A program made the translations under genes and the position numbers. 64,000 bases of DNA, taken from assembly GCA_964541895.1 (NCBI GenBank), contig CAZISM010000001.1:22796-86795 (forward strand). The letters are read 5' to 3'. Under the pieces are notes generated by a model, which made no database searches, was not told the DNA's origin, and worked only from the letters and a program-made list of their open reading frames with translations. Shown here one piece after another: positions 10,511 through 20,244 of this stretch (positions within the stretch are counted from its first letter, which is position 1; every line of letters begins with the position of its first letter). This DNA is from an uncultured Cytophagia bacterium (lineage in GTDB: Bacteria; Zhuqueibacterota; Zhuqueibacteria; Residuimicrobiales; Residuimicrobiaceae).

Positions 10511-11851
10511 GTGCGCGAATTTCGATATACAGGTCTGAATCTGCAGGAGAAACGGGTTATCGGCTATTTTGAAGCCGAAAACCTGCGGCAGGCCAAAAAA
10601 AGAGCAGAGATCATAAGCCGGCAATACGGCTTTCGCCTTACGGCTGTGCAAGCCAAGGCCGTCTTCCTCTATAAGGTGCAAGGGCGGGGCGGGGAGTGGC
10701 TGCGTGGGGAGCAGGAAGCATATACCCGGGAAGAGGTCGACCTGGCTCTGCGGCGCATGGGATTTGATCAGGTGTACGTGACCAAGCTGGTTCTCAACCT
10801 GAGCGGTAAACCCCCCTATTCTGATATAATAACGTTCATCCGACTCTCCGCCGATTTGTTGAAGGAAAAGCTGCCCTTTGACGAAATTCTGACTCTCCTT
10901 GAATCCGATATGTCCAATCGCGCCATGCGGCGCACGGTCAAGGAAATTCTTGCCGACTTGAAAAACGGCAAAGACGGCGAAGAAGCGTTCAATCGCCAGG
11001 CCAACAGTCTGGGAAAATTTCCCGCGCGTATGCTGGGGGTGGCCTCAAAAAGTGGTAACATGGCGGAGGTGTACGAGAACACAGCCAAGTTTCTTGAGAG
11101 GGATTATGAGTTTCGCAAGAGTCTTCGCAGTGCGCTGTTGCAGCCGTCGATCACCGTTTTGGCCCTGATGGGCGCGGTGGTGTTCTACATCGGCTATATT
11201 TTCCCCAAGACGGCGCAGCTGTTTGAAGACGTCGGCGCCAAGCTGCCGCCCATGACCCGGGCCAGCCTGGACCTCAGCCATTTTGTCCAGAACAACCTGA
11301 TGCTGATCATTATCACGATCCTGGCGCCCCCTGTGCTGTTCTGGCTTTTTATCCGTTCCGAAAAGGGGCAGATTCTGTTTGGTAAATATTTTATCAAAAT
11401 GCCCATCATCGGTTCGCTGTTTCATAAAATTTCCATAGAAATCTTTTGCCGCGTTTTTCATTCCATGTACAGCGGATCCGGTGAAAACATCGAAGTCATC
11501 CGTACGGCCGCCGAAGCCTGCAGAAACCGATACATGGAGAAGCGGATCAAGGAGGTGGCCATTCCGATGATGATGCGGGACGGCCGCGGCTTTGTCGAAT
11601 CGCTTAAATCCACCAACGTGTTTACGGAAAACGCGTTGAACCGTTTGAATGCCGGAGCGGAATCCGGAACATTGAAAAAGGTCACCTATCAGATAGCCAA
11701 TTTTTATGAGCGGGAAACCACCTATCGCATGCGTACGATCGTCGACTGGATTCAGATCCTGATTGCCTTTTTTATCATGATCGTGATGACACTGTTGACG
11801 ATTGTATCCTCGGAGACGGCGGTGGTGCAACCCAAAATGCCGGGAATGTAG
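10511..11851 (+). CDS. pilC: Type IV pilus inner-membrane platform protein PilC (GspF family); GTG start
   Basis: Two T2SSF repeats, three TM helices, PilC-like N-terminus FRYTGLN..G.FEAEN. Confidence 0.85.
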   Translation: MREFRYTGLNLQEKRVIGYFEAENLRQAKKRAEIISRQYGFRLTAVQAKAVFLYKVQGRGGEWLRGEQEAYTREEVDLALRRMGFDQVYVTKLVLNLSGKPPYSDIITFIRLSADLLKEKLPFDEILTLLESDMSNRAMRRTVKEILADLKNGKDGEEAFNRQANSLGKFPARMLGVASKSGNMAEVYENTAKFLERDYEFRKSLRSALLQPSITVLALMGAVVFYIGYIFPKTAQLFEDVGAKLPPMTRASLDLSHFVQNNLMLIIITILAPPVLFWLFIRSEKGQILFGKYFIKMPIIGSLFHKISIEIFCRVFHSMYSGSGENIEVIRTAAEACRNRYMEKRIKEVAIPMMMRDGRGFVESLKSTNVFTENALNRLNAGAESGTLKKVTYQIANFYERETTYRMRTIVDWIQILIAFFIMIVMTLLTIVSSETAVVQPKMPGM

Positions 11852-11853
11852 TC

Positions 11854-13638
11854 ATGCAAACCAAAGCCCCTGTTCCCAATGCGGTCATGGAAAAATTGTC
11901 CGGCAACGGCTTTTTTACCAAAGAGCGTCTGGAACAGGCCTTTAAAACCCTGGCCCAATCCTCCGGGCGACGATCGCTCAGCGACATTCTTATCAACGAC
12001 CTGGGCTATGATCGTCATACGGTGATGCAAAAGCTGTGCGAAGTGTATGCCTTTCGCGAAATCCGTTTGAATCCGGCGGCGCTGTCGGAAGGCTGGGTTA
12101 AATTCATCCAGAAATATTTCAAGTCGCTGGAGGAAAAGAACAAGAAGGCGTTCATCGAGCAAAAGATCATCCCCTTCGGATACAGTGAACGCAATCGGGA
12201 TGTGCTGATCTTCATCACCCCCGATCCCACCGTCCGCCGGGTGGCCGAAATTCTGCACCAGGCCGGCGTGGTCAAGTTTGAGCTGGCCTATGCCAAGCTG
12301 GAAGAGGTCAACGATCTGTTGACCAAGACGATGACCAGCGAAAACGAATACCTCAACAAGCTCAAAGAGGCCAGCAACGAGATCGCGCTGCAAAAGCTGG
12401 ATGAGGATGAGAAGGGGATTGATGAAGACGAGCTCAACGCGGCCATCAATAAAAGCCTGCTAGTCAATTTATTCGAGGCCGCTCTGATCGAGTCGGTCCG
12501 TCGCGGCTCCAGCGATATTCATATTATCCCGCGGGAGCACAACCAGACCGACATCTATTTGCGCGTCGACGGTCGCCTGCAACTGTGGCATCGACAGGAT
12601 TCGGTAAAGCCGGAGGCCTTTCTCGCTGTGGTCAAGGACCGTACCAAAAACGTCGATCGCTTTGAATGGGAGACGGCTCAGGACGGTTTCATACAACGGC
12701 AAATTGACAATTACACCATCCGCTATCGAGTTTCCATTTTACCCATTGTCTCCACCGCGCTGGCCCGCAAGTACGAGAGCGTCGTCATCCGTGTGCTCGA
12801 TGACCGCAAAGTGATTACCGATCTGGAGAAGCTGGGATTCGACGACTATGCCAAAAAGGAATTTGTCAAGGCGATCACCAAGCCGCAGGGCATGGTCATT
12901 CTCACCGGTCCGACCGGATCCGGAAAGAGCACCACCCTGGTGGCCGCTCTCAGCCAGGTCATGACGCCGGAGCTCAATATTCTGACGGTCGAGGATCCGG
13001 TGGAATACAACATTCGCGGCGCGCGGCAGCTCAAGCTGGGTAACAAGATGAACTTTGATCAGGCCATCCGCAGTATTCTTCGCCATGATCCGGATATCGT
13101 GATGGTCGGTGAAATCCGTGACGCCAAGACGGCGGAAATCGCCATCAAACTGGCCAACACCGGCCATCTGACCTTCAGCACCGTGCACACCAACGATGCC
13201 GCCAGTGTGGTTTCACGATTGTACAAGATGGGCATCGAGCCGTTTTTGATCGCCTATGCCATCAACCTGGTGGTGGCGCAGCGTTTGATCCGAATGCTGT
13301 GCAAGCATTGCAAAAAGCCGATCGAAAAGCTGGATCCCTCGATTCCGCTCTCCATGGGATTCAGCGAGGAAGAAGTTGCCCGAGCGCAGTTTTATCAGAC
13401 GGTCGGGTGTCCTAAATGCCGCAACGGCTACGCCGGCCGCAGCGGTATCCATGAAGTGTTGACCTTTACCAATCCGATTCGGCGTCTGATTTTCGAGGCC
13501 AAGGGAGAGGTCAACGAAGAGGCGATCAGAGACGAAGCGGTCCGAAACGGCATGTCCACGCTGCGTGCCGCCGCCCGGCGCCGCGCGCTGTTGGGACAAA
13601 CGACCCTGGAAGAGGTGGCCGCGGTGACCACCGAATAG
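11854..13638 (+). CDS. pilB: Type IV pilus assembly ATPase PilB (GspE family)
   Basis: T2SSE_N-like N-terminal domain. Walker A GPTGSGKST. Asp/His boxes. Tetracysteine CKHC..CPKC motif. Confidence 0.9.
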   Translation: MQTKAPVPNAVMEKLSGNGFFTKERLEQAFKTLAQSSGRRSLSDILINDLGYDRHTVMQKLCEVYAFREIRLNPAALSEGWVKFIQKYFKSLEEKNKKAFIEQKIIPFGYSERNRDVLIFITPDPTVRRVAEILHQAGVVKFELAYAKLEEVNDLLTKTMTSENEYLNKLKEASNEIALQKLDEDEKGIDEDELNAAINKSLLVNLFEAALIESVRRGSSDIHIIPREHNQTDIYLRVDGRLQLWHRQDSVKPEAFLAVVKDRTKNVDRFEWETAQDGFIQRQIDNYTIRYRVSILPIVSTALARKYESVVIRVLDDRKVITDLEKLGFDDYAKKEFVKAITKPQGMVILTGPTGSGKSTTLVAALSQVMTPELNILTVEDPVEYNIRGARQLKLGNKMNFDQAIRSILRHDPDIVMVGEIRDAKTAEIAIKLANTGHLTFSTVHTNDAASVVSRLYKMGIEPFLIAYAINLVVAQRLIRMLCKHCKKPIEKLDPSIPLSMGFSEEEVARAQFYQTVGCPKCRNGYAGRSGIHEVLTFTNPIRRLIFEAKGEVNEEAIRDEAVRNGMSTLRAAARRRALLGQTTLEEVAAVTTE

Positions 13639-13688
13639 TCGCCGGCCAACGCTTTCCTGACGTTAACGAATGACAAAGGATGCGGTTC

Positions 13689-14645
13689 ATGTCTGACATA
13701 CTTGTGGTGGATGATGATCCCGAAATACGGAGCTCGTTTGTGGAGATATTGCAGACGGCGGACATGCAGGTCGACACCGTAGCCGATGCGGATGAGGCGG
13801 CCAACAAAATCAAGGCAAAAAACTATGAGCTTATTCTGGTAGATTTATTGCTGCCGGGAGAGATCAACGGCATGTCTTTGATCGAATCCTTCCGCGCCCT
13901 GGTGGCCCAATCGTATATCATTGCCTATTCCGCCTACAGCGGACGTACTATTGCTGAAAAAGCGTTACGGGCCGGCGCCAACGGCTTTGTCCCCAAAGCC
14001 TATTTGAAAGATCATCTTCTGCAGACCGTTATGAATGTGTTAACCGGCCCCAAGGGCAAGACCATCCTGCCGGGCCCGGCGGCCGCAGCGCCCGAACCGT
14101 CGCCGGCACCGGCTCCTGCACCGGCTCCTGCACCGTTTTTGGAGACCAGGCCGGCCCAGGATGTAGTGCCGCTGCTGTTTCTTAACTTGCCCCGTCAACA
14201 GGTGCAGGAATTGCTGACGCTGGCTGACCAGCGTACGCTGCCGCGCGGCGATTCGTTCCTGGTGCAAAGCCAGCAGAATATCGTCACCATCGGACGCGGC
14301 CAGGCCGATCTGCTTTATCGCAACAGAAAAATAGGACAAATGAACGAAGGCGAAACCATCGGAGAAGCTTCCTTTTTCGACACCAGCAATGACAACCATG
14401 TATTCGCGCTGGTAGCAAAGAATGACTGCGTTTTGTACCTGTTTAATAAAAGCGATCTGAAAAACTATTTTAAGGATCATGGCAGAAATGTAACGCTTCG
14501 ATTCGCAGCCAACATCGTGTGGAGTGTTTCCAACACCATGATGAAATGCGTTAAAGAGCTCTATCGGACGGACGAAGTGCCGGTCAAAAGTGAATCCCTG
14601 TTTGAAAATAGAAAACCATGGTCGGCGGAGGTTCTGGTCAATTGA
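13689..14645 (+). CDS. Response-regulator receiver fused to a cyclic-nucleotide-binding (CAP effector) domain, no HTH; ORF track start 13680
   Basis: REC motifs ILVVDDD and LILVDLLLPG. (AP)n linker. cNMP-binding motif GETIGEASFF. No DNA-binding region at the C-terminus. Confidence 0.8.
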   Translation: MSDILVVDDDPEIRSSFVEILQTADMQVDTVADADEAANKIKAKNYELILVDLLLPGEINGMSLIESFRALVAQSYIIAYSAYSGRTIAEKALRAGANGFVPKAYLKDHLLQTVMNVLTGPKGKTILPGPAAAAPEPSPAPAPAPAPAPFLETRPAQDVVPLLFLNLPRQQVQELLTLADQRTLPRGDSFLVQSQQNIVTIGRGQADLLYRNRKIGQMNEGETIGEASFFDTSNDNHVFALVAKNDCVLYLFNKSDLKNYFKDHGRNVTLRFAANIVWSVSNTMMKCVKELYRTDEVPVKSESLFENRKPWSAEVLVN

Positions 14646-15907
14646 CGGAGAACAGCCAACATAAGGACAATGGCCTGTACCGGTTCGCGCCGGAGGGGGT
14701 GGAGCTGTTCGAACGGCTCATCCGTCGGGTACCGCCCGATCTCGAAGGCTACGATCGCCAGGAGCAGCTTGCCCGGTTGATGGCTGAATGCACCCACGAA
14801 CAACGGCGGCTTTTGCGCGCGGTTGTTGATGGCTTTCTGCTGCATATGCGTCGGTTGGAAGCTTCGGATATTGAAATCGGCGGCGCCCATGCCGGCAGTT
14901 CCATATGGCTCCGCATCCAGGGCCGTAAAATGGCACGGCCGGAAATGGGCAAATGGAGCCTGCCGCAATCCGATGTGCTCATCCATGCGCTGTTGACCGC
15001 CAAACAGAGCGAGCGGCTGCTGAGAAATCGAGCCGTCGATTTTTCCTATGCCATGGAAAAAGAGGGTGCCACGCTTCGCTGGCGCGCCTGCGCCTATTTT
15101 GACCTGGGTGTTCTGGCGCTTAACATGCGCACCATCTCTCACAAGGTGTTTCCGTATCAGAAATTGAATATACCGGATCCTATTACCAAGAGCCTTTCCC
15201 TGGCCCATGAAAAACAGGGATTGATCCTGTTGACCGGCATCACCGGATCCGGAAAAAGCACCACCATGGACAGCATCATCGACGCCAACAATCAAACGGT
15301 CGATGGCCATATTGTTATCGTCGGGGACCCCATTGAGTATATTCATGAATCCAATCGATGTATCATTCGCCACCGGGAGGTGGGGCGCGATGTGCCTTCC
15401 TTCAAGGACGGAGCGGTGCAGGCGCTTCGCCAGGATCCGGATATCATCGTCATCGGCGAAATGCGCGATCCGGAAACCATCATGACCTGTCTGGAGATCG
15501 TCGATACCGGCCACAAAGTGTTTTCCACGCTGCATACCGGTTCTGCCGTGGAAACCATCGACCGCATTGTGGCAGAATGCCCCGGCAATGAACAGGATCG
15601 TGTGCGGAATCGGCTGGCGGACGTGTTACGGGTGATTATCTCCCAAAAGCTGATTCCAGGCACCGAAGGCAAACTGGTGCTGGCTAAAGAAATTTTATTG
15701 GTATCGTCGCCGGTTCGCGCCGCCATTCGCAACCGCAATACACACGAAATCTATCAAATGATAAGCGAATCCGGAAAATGGGGCATGATGACCCTGGAAC
15801 AGGATCTGCTGCGGTTGTGGAAAATGCGTCTCATCACCGAAGGCGATGCCTTTGACTACGCCAACAATAAACGTCGCATGCAGGAATTGATGTATCAGAG
15901 GGTGTGA
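14618..15907 (+). CDS. pilT: PilT-like type IV pilus retraction ATPase with about 55-aa N-terminal extension; alternative start 14780
   Basis: Walker A LLTGITGSGKST. GEMRD Asp box. His box HTGSAVETIDR. ASDIEI corresponds to the PilT N-terminal ASDLHL. Overlaps the upstream gene by 28 nt if started at 14618. Confidence 0.85.
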   Translation: MVGGGSGQLTENSQHKDNGLYRFAPEGVELFERLIRRVPPDLEGYDRQEQLARLMAECTHEQRRLLRAVVDGFLLHMRRLEASDIEIGGAHAGSSIWLRIQGRKMARPEMGKWSLPQSDVLIHALLTAKQSERLLRNRAVDFSYAMEKEGATLRWRACAYFDLGVLALNMRTISHKVFPYQKLNIPDPITKSLSLAHEKQGLILLTGITGSGKSTTMDSIIDANNQTVDGHIVIVGDPIEYIHESNRCIIRHREVGRDVPSFKDGAVQALRQDPDIIVIGEMRDPETIMTCLEIVDTGHKVFSTLHTGSAVETIDRIVAECPGNEQDRVRNRLADVLRVIISQKLIPGTEGKLVLAKEILLVSSPVRAAIRNRNTHEIYQMISESGKWGMMTLEQDLLRLWKMRLITEGDAFDYANNKRRMQELMYQRV

Positions 15908-15913
15908 TCAGTT

Positions 15914-17470
15914 ATGAAAAAGTATGCCCTGGGCATATATATAGACGGCACGGTGTTGCACGCGGCTCTGTTGAGCAAGCAGACCGGCCGTCCCTATATC
16001 GAAAATCTGGAACGGTTTCAGCTGTTCGGTCCGCTCGAGCAGCGGGAAATCATCGAGCAGCACAAGCGGGCCGTGGCGGGCAATGAGACGGTGCTGAAAA
16101 AGGATGATCCATTCGGCCTGGATGCCCTCTTCAAGCGGACCGATTCCATCATCAGCGATACGGAATCCAAAAACAACATCGACGTCATCTTTAAGATACT
16201 GACCACGTTCTGCCCGCGGGGCACACAGATCGCCTTCAATCTGTCCGAAGTCTTTACGTTCTACAAGCATCTGCCGCCGATCAAGGAGGCGTCGGGGCTC
16301 AAGCACAAAAAAGCCGTATGGCAGGCGTTCACGGGTGAAATGCACTCGGAGCCGAAGAATGAGAACGTCGGCTCTTTTTCGCTGCCGGATCAATCGGTTT
16401 TTGCCCTGCTCCACAACGACCCGCTGGTGTTTTCATCGCTGCTGATGGATGCCATCAGCATGCTGCATTCGACACCGCCCAAGATAAAGTTGGTGGATTC
16501 GGTGGAATTCGTGCTCGCGCACGAAATCATGCATACCTTTCAGTTGACCGATCAGGATCATACGGCCGTTATCCTGTTCTCCAACAACTGCACGCGCATC
16601 TTTTTTATGCGTGGCCATCTGATTCATACGGTGTTACCGACGATTTATGAAGGCTCCGAATCCGAGACGGTCTGCGATACGGCGTTCGCCAAAATATTGT
16701 TCGAATTCGACACCGGCAAACTGGTGGCCTTGAACCGTATCATCCTCGCCGGGGATGCAAGCCGGATGAGGGCGGAAACCTATTTTCGTGACAAATGGCC
16801 GGCGGCAACCGTCACTCGCCTAGAAATGGTCCGTCCGGTTCTCAATGAAAAACTGGAAGCCATGGAGGGGCGAATCTCGGCGTTCTCCGTCCCCATCGCC
16901 CTGGGCCTGAAAACGCTGGATGAGCATCCGAAAGCGCCTTATGATCATAATTTTTTACCGTCTCGCATCAAGGAAAAGCAATCGGTGTATCGAATCGCCT
17001 GGCACGGCGTGCTGCTGCTCTCGATTCTGTTTCTGTTTGTCATCTTTATGACCTACCAGTCGGTCCGCAGCAGCCAGAATCTGAGCCGGGCCCGAAGTGA
17101 AGGCAAATTGCTCTCTGTGCAGTTGATGGATCTGCAGAATGTGGCCAATGAAGTCGACAGCCTGCGCGCGAAAATCAGTATCCTCGAAAAGGGCACGGCG
17201 TTGATCGATTCCCTTAACAAGAACACCATGCGATGGACGCCGGTTCTGCGTTCTTTTTCAGAAGCCTTTGATAAGGCAGGGCCGTTTTCGATCGTCAAGG
17301 CGGAAACCAATAACAGCAGGCAAATGATCGTTACCCTCGAAGTCAATCGGGAAGAGCAGGTCGCCGCCCTGGAAAGAGTGCTGCGGCCCTTCACCGTCAC
17401 CAGCGTGCTGCGCAACCAGGAAGCGGACGATCGCTGGATGCAGGTCGAATTTACGTGCATGATAAACTGA
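15914..17470 (+). CDS. PilM-PilN-like fusion: actin-like cytoplasmic domain, one TM helix, periplasmic coiled-coil domain
   Basis: N-terminus YALGIYIDGTVLHAALLS is PilM-like. TM helix near residue 355. Coiled-coil and PilN-like periplasmic domain follow. Confidence 0.6.
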   Translation: MKKYALGIYIDGTVLHAALLSKQTGRPYIENLERFQLFGPLEQREIIEQHKRAVAGNETVLKKDDPFGLDALFKRTDSIISDTESKNNIDVIFKILTTFCPRGTQIAFNLSEVFTFYKHLPPIKEASGLKHKKAVWQAFTGEMHSEPKNENVGSFSLPDQSVFALLHNDPLVFSSLLMDAISMLHSTPPKIKLVDSVEFVLAHEIMHTFQLTDQDHTAVILFSNNCTRIFFMRGHLIHTVLPTIYEGSESETVCDTAFAKILFEFDTGKLVALNRIILAGDASRMRAETYFRDKWPAATVTRLEMVRPVLNEKLEAMEGRISAFSVPIALGLKTLDEHPKAPYDHNFLPSRIKEKQSVYRIAWHGVLLLSILFLFVIFMTYQSVRSSQNLSRARSEGKLLSVQLMDLQNVANEVDSLRAKISILEKGTALIDSLNKNTMRWTPVLRSFSEAFDKAGPFSIVKAETNNSRQMIVTLEVNREEQVAALERVLRPFTVTSVLRNQEADDRWMQVEFTCMIN

Positions 17471-17471
17471 T

Positions 17472-18434
17472 GTGGTCCCTATGTCCTACGCTGTACGAAA
17501 TACGTTGATTATCGCCACAATTTGGGCTGCCATTTTATTTTGCGGCATTTATTATATCTACGGCGTGCAGCAAAAGCGCGAACGGATTCAGCTGGTCGAT
17601 AACATGGGTAAGCGAAAACGGCTGGATGATCTGCAGCGGCTCAAGCAGGACCGTACGGTGCTGCAAAACGAAAAAGCACGGCTTTTGGAGCTGAGTTCGG
17701 GCCGAATGGGCGTTCTGGCCTCACAGGAGTCGCCGGGCGAAACCTACGATTATCTGTTGCGGGAGATGCGCAGGAATCGCTTCGACCTGCAGTTCAGTCT
17801 GGAAATGAACCGTGAAGATTCGTACATGGGAGTGCTGCGGCGGACCTATACGCTTAATGGAGCAGGCGCTTTTACCGATCTGTATTACCTGATGTCCTAT
17901 CTGGAGAGCGGCCCTCTCTTTTATGATATCCACTCCGTAAAGCTCGAACGGGCCAATCGCACCGCGCAGGAGAAGCGGGCCCACCGCAAAGGCCATGTCC
18001 AGTTCACGCTGACCCTGGCCGGCTTTAACCGCCACGAAGGCCCGAACATCGCTTCCGTGGAACGGACCGGAACCTTGCCGGAGCGCATCGCTGAAATGGT
18101 CACCAATAGGGAAGTAAAGACCGTCTTGCCGGACGCCGCGCCGGCGGCTCCGGAGGTGACGGCGCCCGCCAAAATGGCCCAGGAAACAAAGCCGGCGCCA
18201 CGCATCAACAGCGATGGGCTGCCGGAGGTGGATGAAGCGTGCTCACTGCTGGCGGTGACAGCCCAAAGTGTGCTTGTACGCGATCGCCGCGGATCTACCG
18301 TTCGATTGCGGGCCGGGGACCGGGTTTGGCAGGGACGGGTGGCGGAGATACATCCGGCGGACAAACGCGTCGTATTTGAAATTAATCAGAACGGAAATGC
18401 CGAACGCTTTTCGCTTACAACGACCATTAAATGA
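17472..18434 (+). CDS. PilO-PilP-like fusion: N-terminal TM + coiled coil + PilO-like domain, Ala/Pro linker, PilP-like beta domain
   Basis: TM NTLIIATIWAAILFCGIYYIYG. C-terminal VLVRDRRGSTVRLRAGDRVWQGRVAEI resembles PilP. Confidence 0.55.
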   Translation: MVPMSYAVRNTLIIATIWAAILFCGIYYIYGVQQKRERIQLVDNMGKRKRLDDLQRLKQDRTVLQNEKARLLELSSGRMGVLASQESPGETYDYLLREMRRNRFDLQFSLEMNREDSYMGVLRRTYTLNGAGAFTDLYYLMSYLESGPLFYDIHSVKLERANRTAQEKRAHRKGHVQFTLTLAGFNRHEGPNIASVERTGTLPERIAEMVTNREVKTVLPDAAPAAPEVTAPAKMAQETKPAPRINSDGLPEVDEACSLLAVTAQSVLVRDRRGSTVRLRAGDRVWQGRVAEIHPADKRVVFEINQNGNAERFSLTTTIK

Positions 18435-20168
18435 GTGACGATCATGTGGAAAAACATCGTTCAAGCCATTGCCATACCCGTCATCATGTCGGCGCAATGG
18501 CTTTTTGGCCAAAATGAATTGCCCAGGGAGTACGTTCCGGCTGAGGAGATGATCAGCCTGAACAGCAACCTGGATTTCATTTCAGCGCTGGATCTCATCA
18601 GCGAGTATTCGGTTCGTTTTACCGGAAAACCGCTATTTGATCCCACCCGGCAGGAGGGAGCGATCGGCATAGAGATCTCGACCATGCCCTGGGAAAAGGC
18701 GCTGCAAGCCATTTTGAGCCGGCGGGGACTCTGGTATAACGAGCGCGATCACTTTTTTCAAATCGTAACGCCGGTCGAAAAGAACCAAAAAGAGGAAAAT
18801 ACCGTCCCGGACGACATCAAGTTCAAGCTTGGCCATCGCGAAGTAAAAATTGAAACTATATTTTTTGAAGGCGATCGAAAGGCCCTGTCGGAAATCGGCA
18901 TCGACTGGACCAGCTTTTACGACGGCAAGGTGGATCTGACCGCCAGTCAAATGACCGCCCTGAACGTGTCCGAAGATATGTTTACTACCTCCGTCAAAAT
19001 ACCCAAATCGCTGTTCAGCGTGGACATTAAAGTGTTACTCAAGGTGCTGGATTCACAAAATATCGGACGGGTGATTGCACAACCGCAAGTGACGGTAACA
19101 GAGGCCAATGAAGGCAAGATTCAGGTAGGTCAGGATTTTTCCATAAAGACCAGGGACTTTGCCGGCAACTTGATCGACCGGTTTTTCAGCACCGGCACCA
19201 TCCTTCAGGTCACGCCGTACCTCTATTTTGATGAAAGGCGTGTGCCGGTGATTTTTATCAAGGCGCATGTAGAGCGCAGCCAGGCGTTTCCAGACGTCGT
19301 CAGCACCATCATCAAAAAGTCAGAGGCCAATTCCTACGTGCAGCTGTTCGATGCGGAAGAAACCATGATCGCCGGACTGTATTCCACGGAAAACAATCAC
19401 CTGCGCAAAGGCGTTCCGATTCTCAAGGATCTGCCCTGGTGGCTGCTGGGCCTCCGTTACGTGTTCGGCTTTGAGCGACAGGAAGAAGTGCAGAAAGAAT
19501 TGATTATTATCCTCAAAGCCAGCCTGCTGCCGGAGGTGTACTCCCGACTCGACCAGTACAAATCCTCGGCCAAACCGAAAACCATGGAAGACAAGCTGAA
19601 TCGATTCCGACAGCCTTTTCTGAGACCAGGAGCCGGGCTTCCCCAAAGCACACCGCCGCCAGAGTCCAAAACGCTCATGAACGATCAGACCGCTCAGGAC
19701 CCGAGCGTTGCACCGACCCCGGAGGCTGTGGAAAAATTTTCCAGCCTCCAGGACCAGGGACCGGTTCAGGCCGACATGGTTAGCGACACCCAGGAGGCGC
19801 CTTCGAAAAAACTGCGACCGGTAACGGAGAGCGAGGGAAGCAAATCAATTTCGGCACCCTATTTCCCCGATTTTACGCCGGTGACAAAAACGGAAAAGAT
19901 CGCGCCCCCGGAGCCGGCCGGCGATGTCTACAGAGGCGTTATCAGTAAAGTGGTCAATGATATGGTCGTCATCGAGTGGCATCGCGGAGCGGATCCTGCA
20001 GCCCTGCCGCTGCAGGATTTAACCGTATTCCGCCGAATGGCGGACAGCAAGCAGTACCGGGCCGTTGGCAAGGTGGCCATGGTTCGGACCATGGAGGCAA
20101 AAACCGTCGCCCGATGCAGGCCGGGCTCTGTTATCCTGCCAGGCGATCAGGTGGTCGTTAAATTATAA
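18435..20168 (+). CDS. pilQ: Secretin (PilQ/GspD family), compact, with Pro/Ser/Thr-rich linker and extra ~80-aa C-terminal domain
   Basis: Secretin motifs RVIAQPQVTVTEANEGKIQVGQ and KGVPILKDLPWWLLGLRYVFGF. About 110-aa low-complexity linker, then a beta-rich C-terminal domain. Confidence 0.8.
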   Translation: MTIMWKNIVQAIAIPVIMSAQWLFGQNELPREYVPAEEMISLNSNLDFISALDLISEYSVRFTGKPLFDPTRQEGAIGIEISTMPWEKALQAILSRRGLWYNERDHFFQIVTPVEKNQKEENTVPDDIKFKLGHREVKIETIFFEGDRKALSEIGIDWTSFYDGKVDLTASQMTALNVSEDMFTTSVKIPKSLFSVDIKVLLKVLDSQNIGRVIAQPQVTVTEANEGKIQVGQDFSIKTRDFAGNLIDRFFSTGTILQVTPYLYFDERRVPVIFIKAHVERSQAFPDVVSTIIKKSEANSYVQLFDAEETMIAGLYSTENNHLRKGVPILKDLPWWLLGLRYVFGFERQEEVQKELIIILKASLLPEVYSRLDQYKSSAKPKTMEDKLNRFRQPFLRPGAGLPQSTPPPESKTLMNDQTAQDPSVAPTPEAVEKFSSLQDQGPVQADMVSDTQEAPSKKLRPVTESEGSKSISAPYFPDFTPVTKTEKIAPPEPAGDVYRGVISKVVNDMVVIEWHRGADPAALPLQDLTVFRRMADSKQYRAVGKVAMVRTMEAKTVARCRPGSVILPGDQVVVKL

Positions 20169-20244
20169 CTATCGTGTCCTTGTGGCATGCGACGAGGCCG
20201 CACATCATATTGTGTGGTAACACGTTAAACCGGGAATGGTCATC

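Noticed and set aside
11045-12393. Minus-strand ORFs (261 and 213 aa) inside pilC and pilB
   Set aside because: They overlap strongly conserved PilC and PilB coding sequence. Antisense artefacts.
14561-15535. 324-aa minus-strand ORF opposite the PilT-like gene
   Set aside because: Overlaps Walker A/B and His-box coding sequence of a conserved ATPase.
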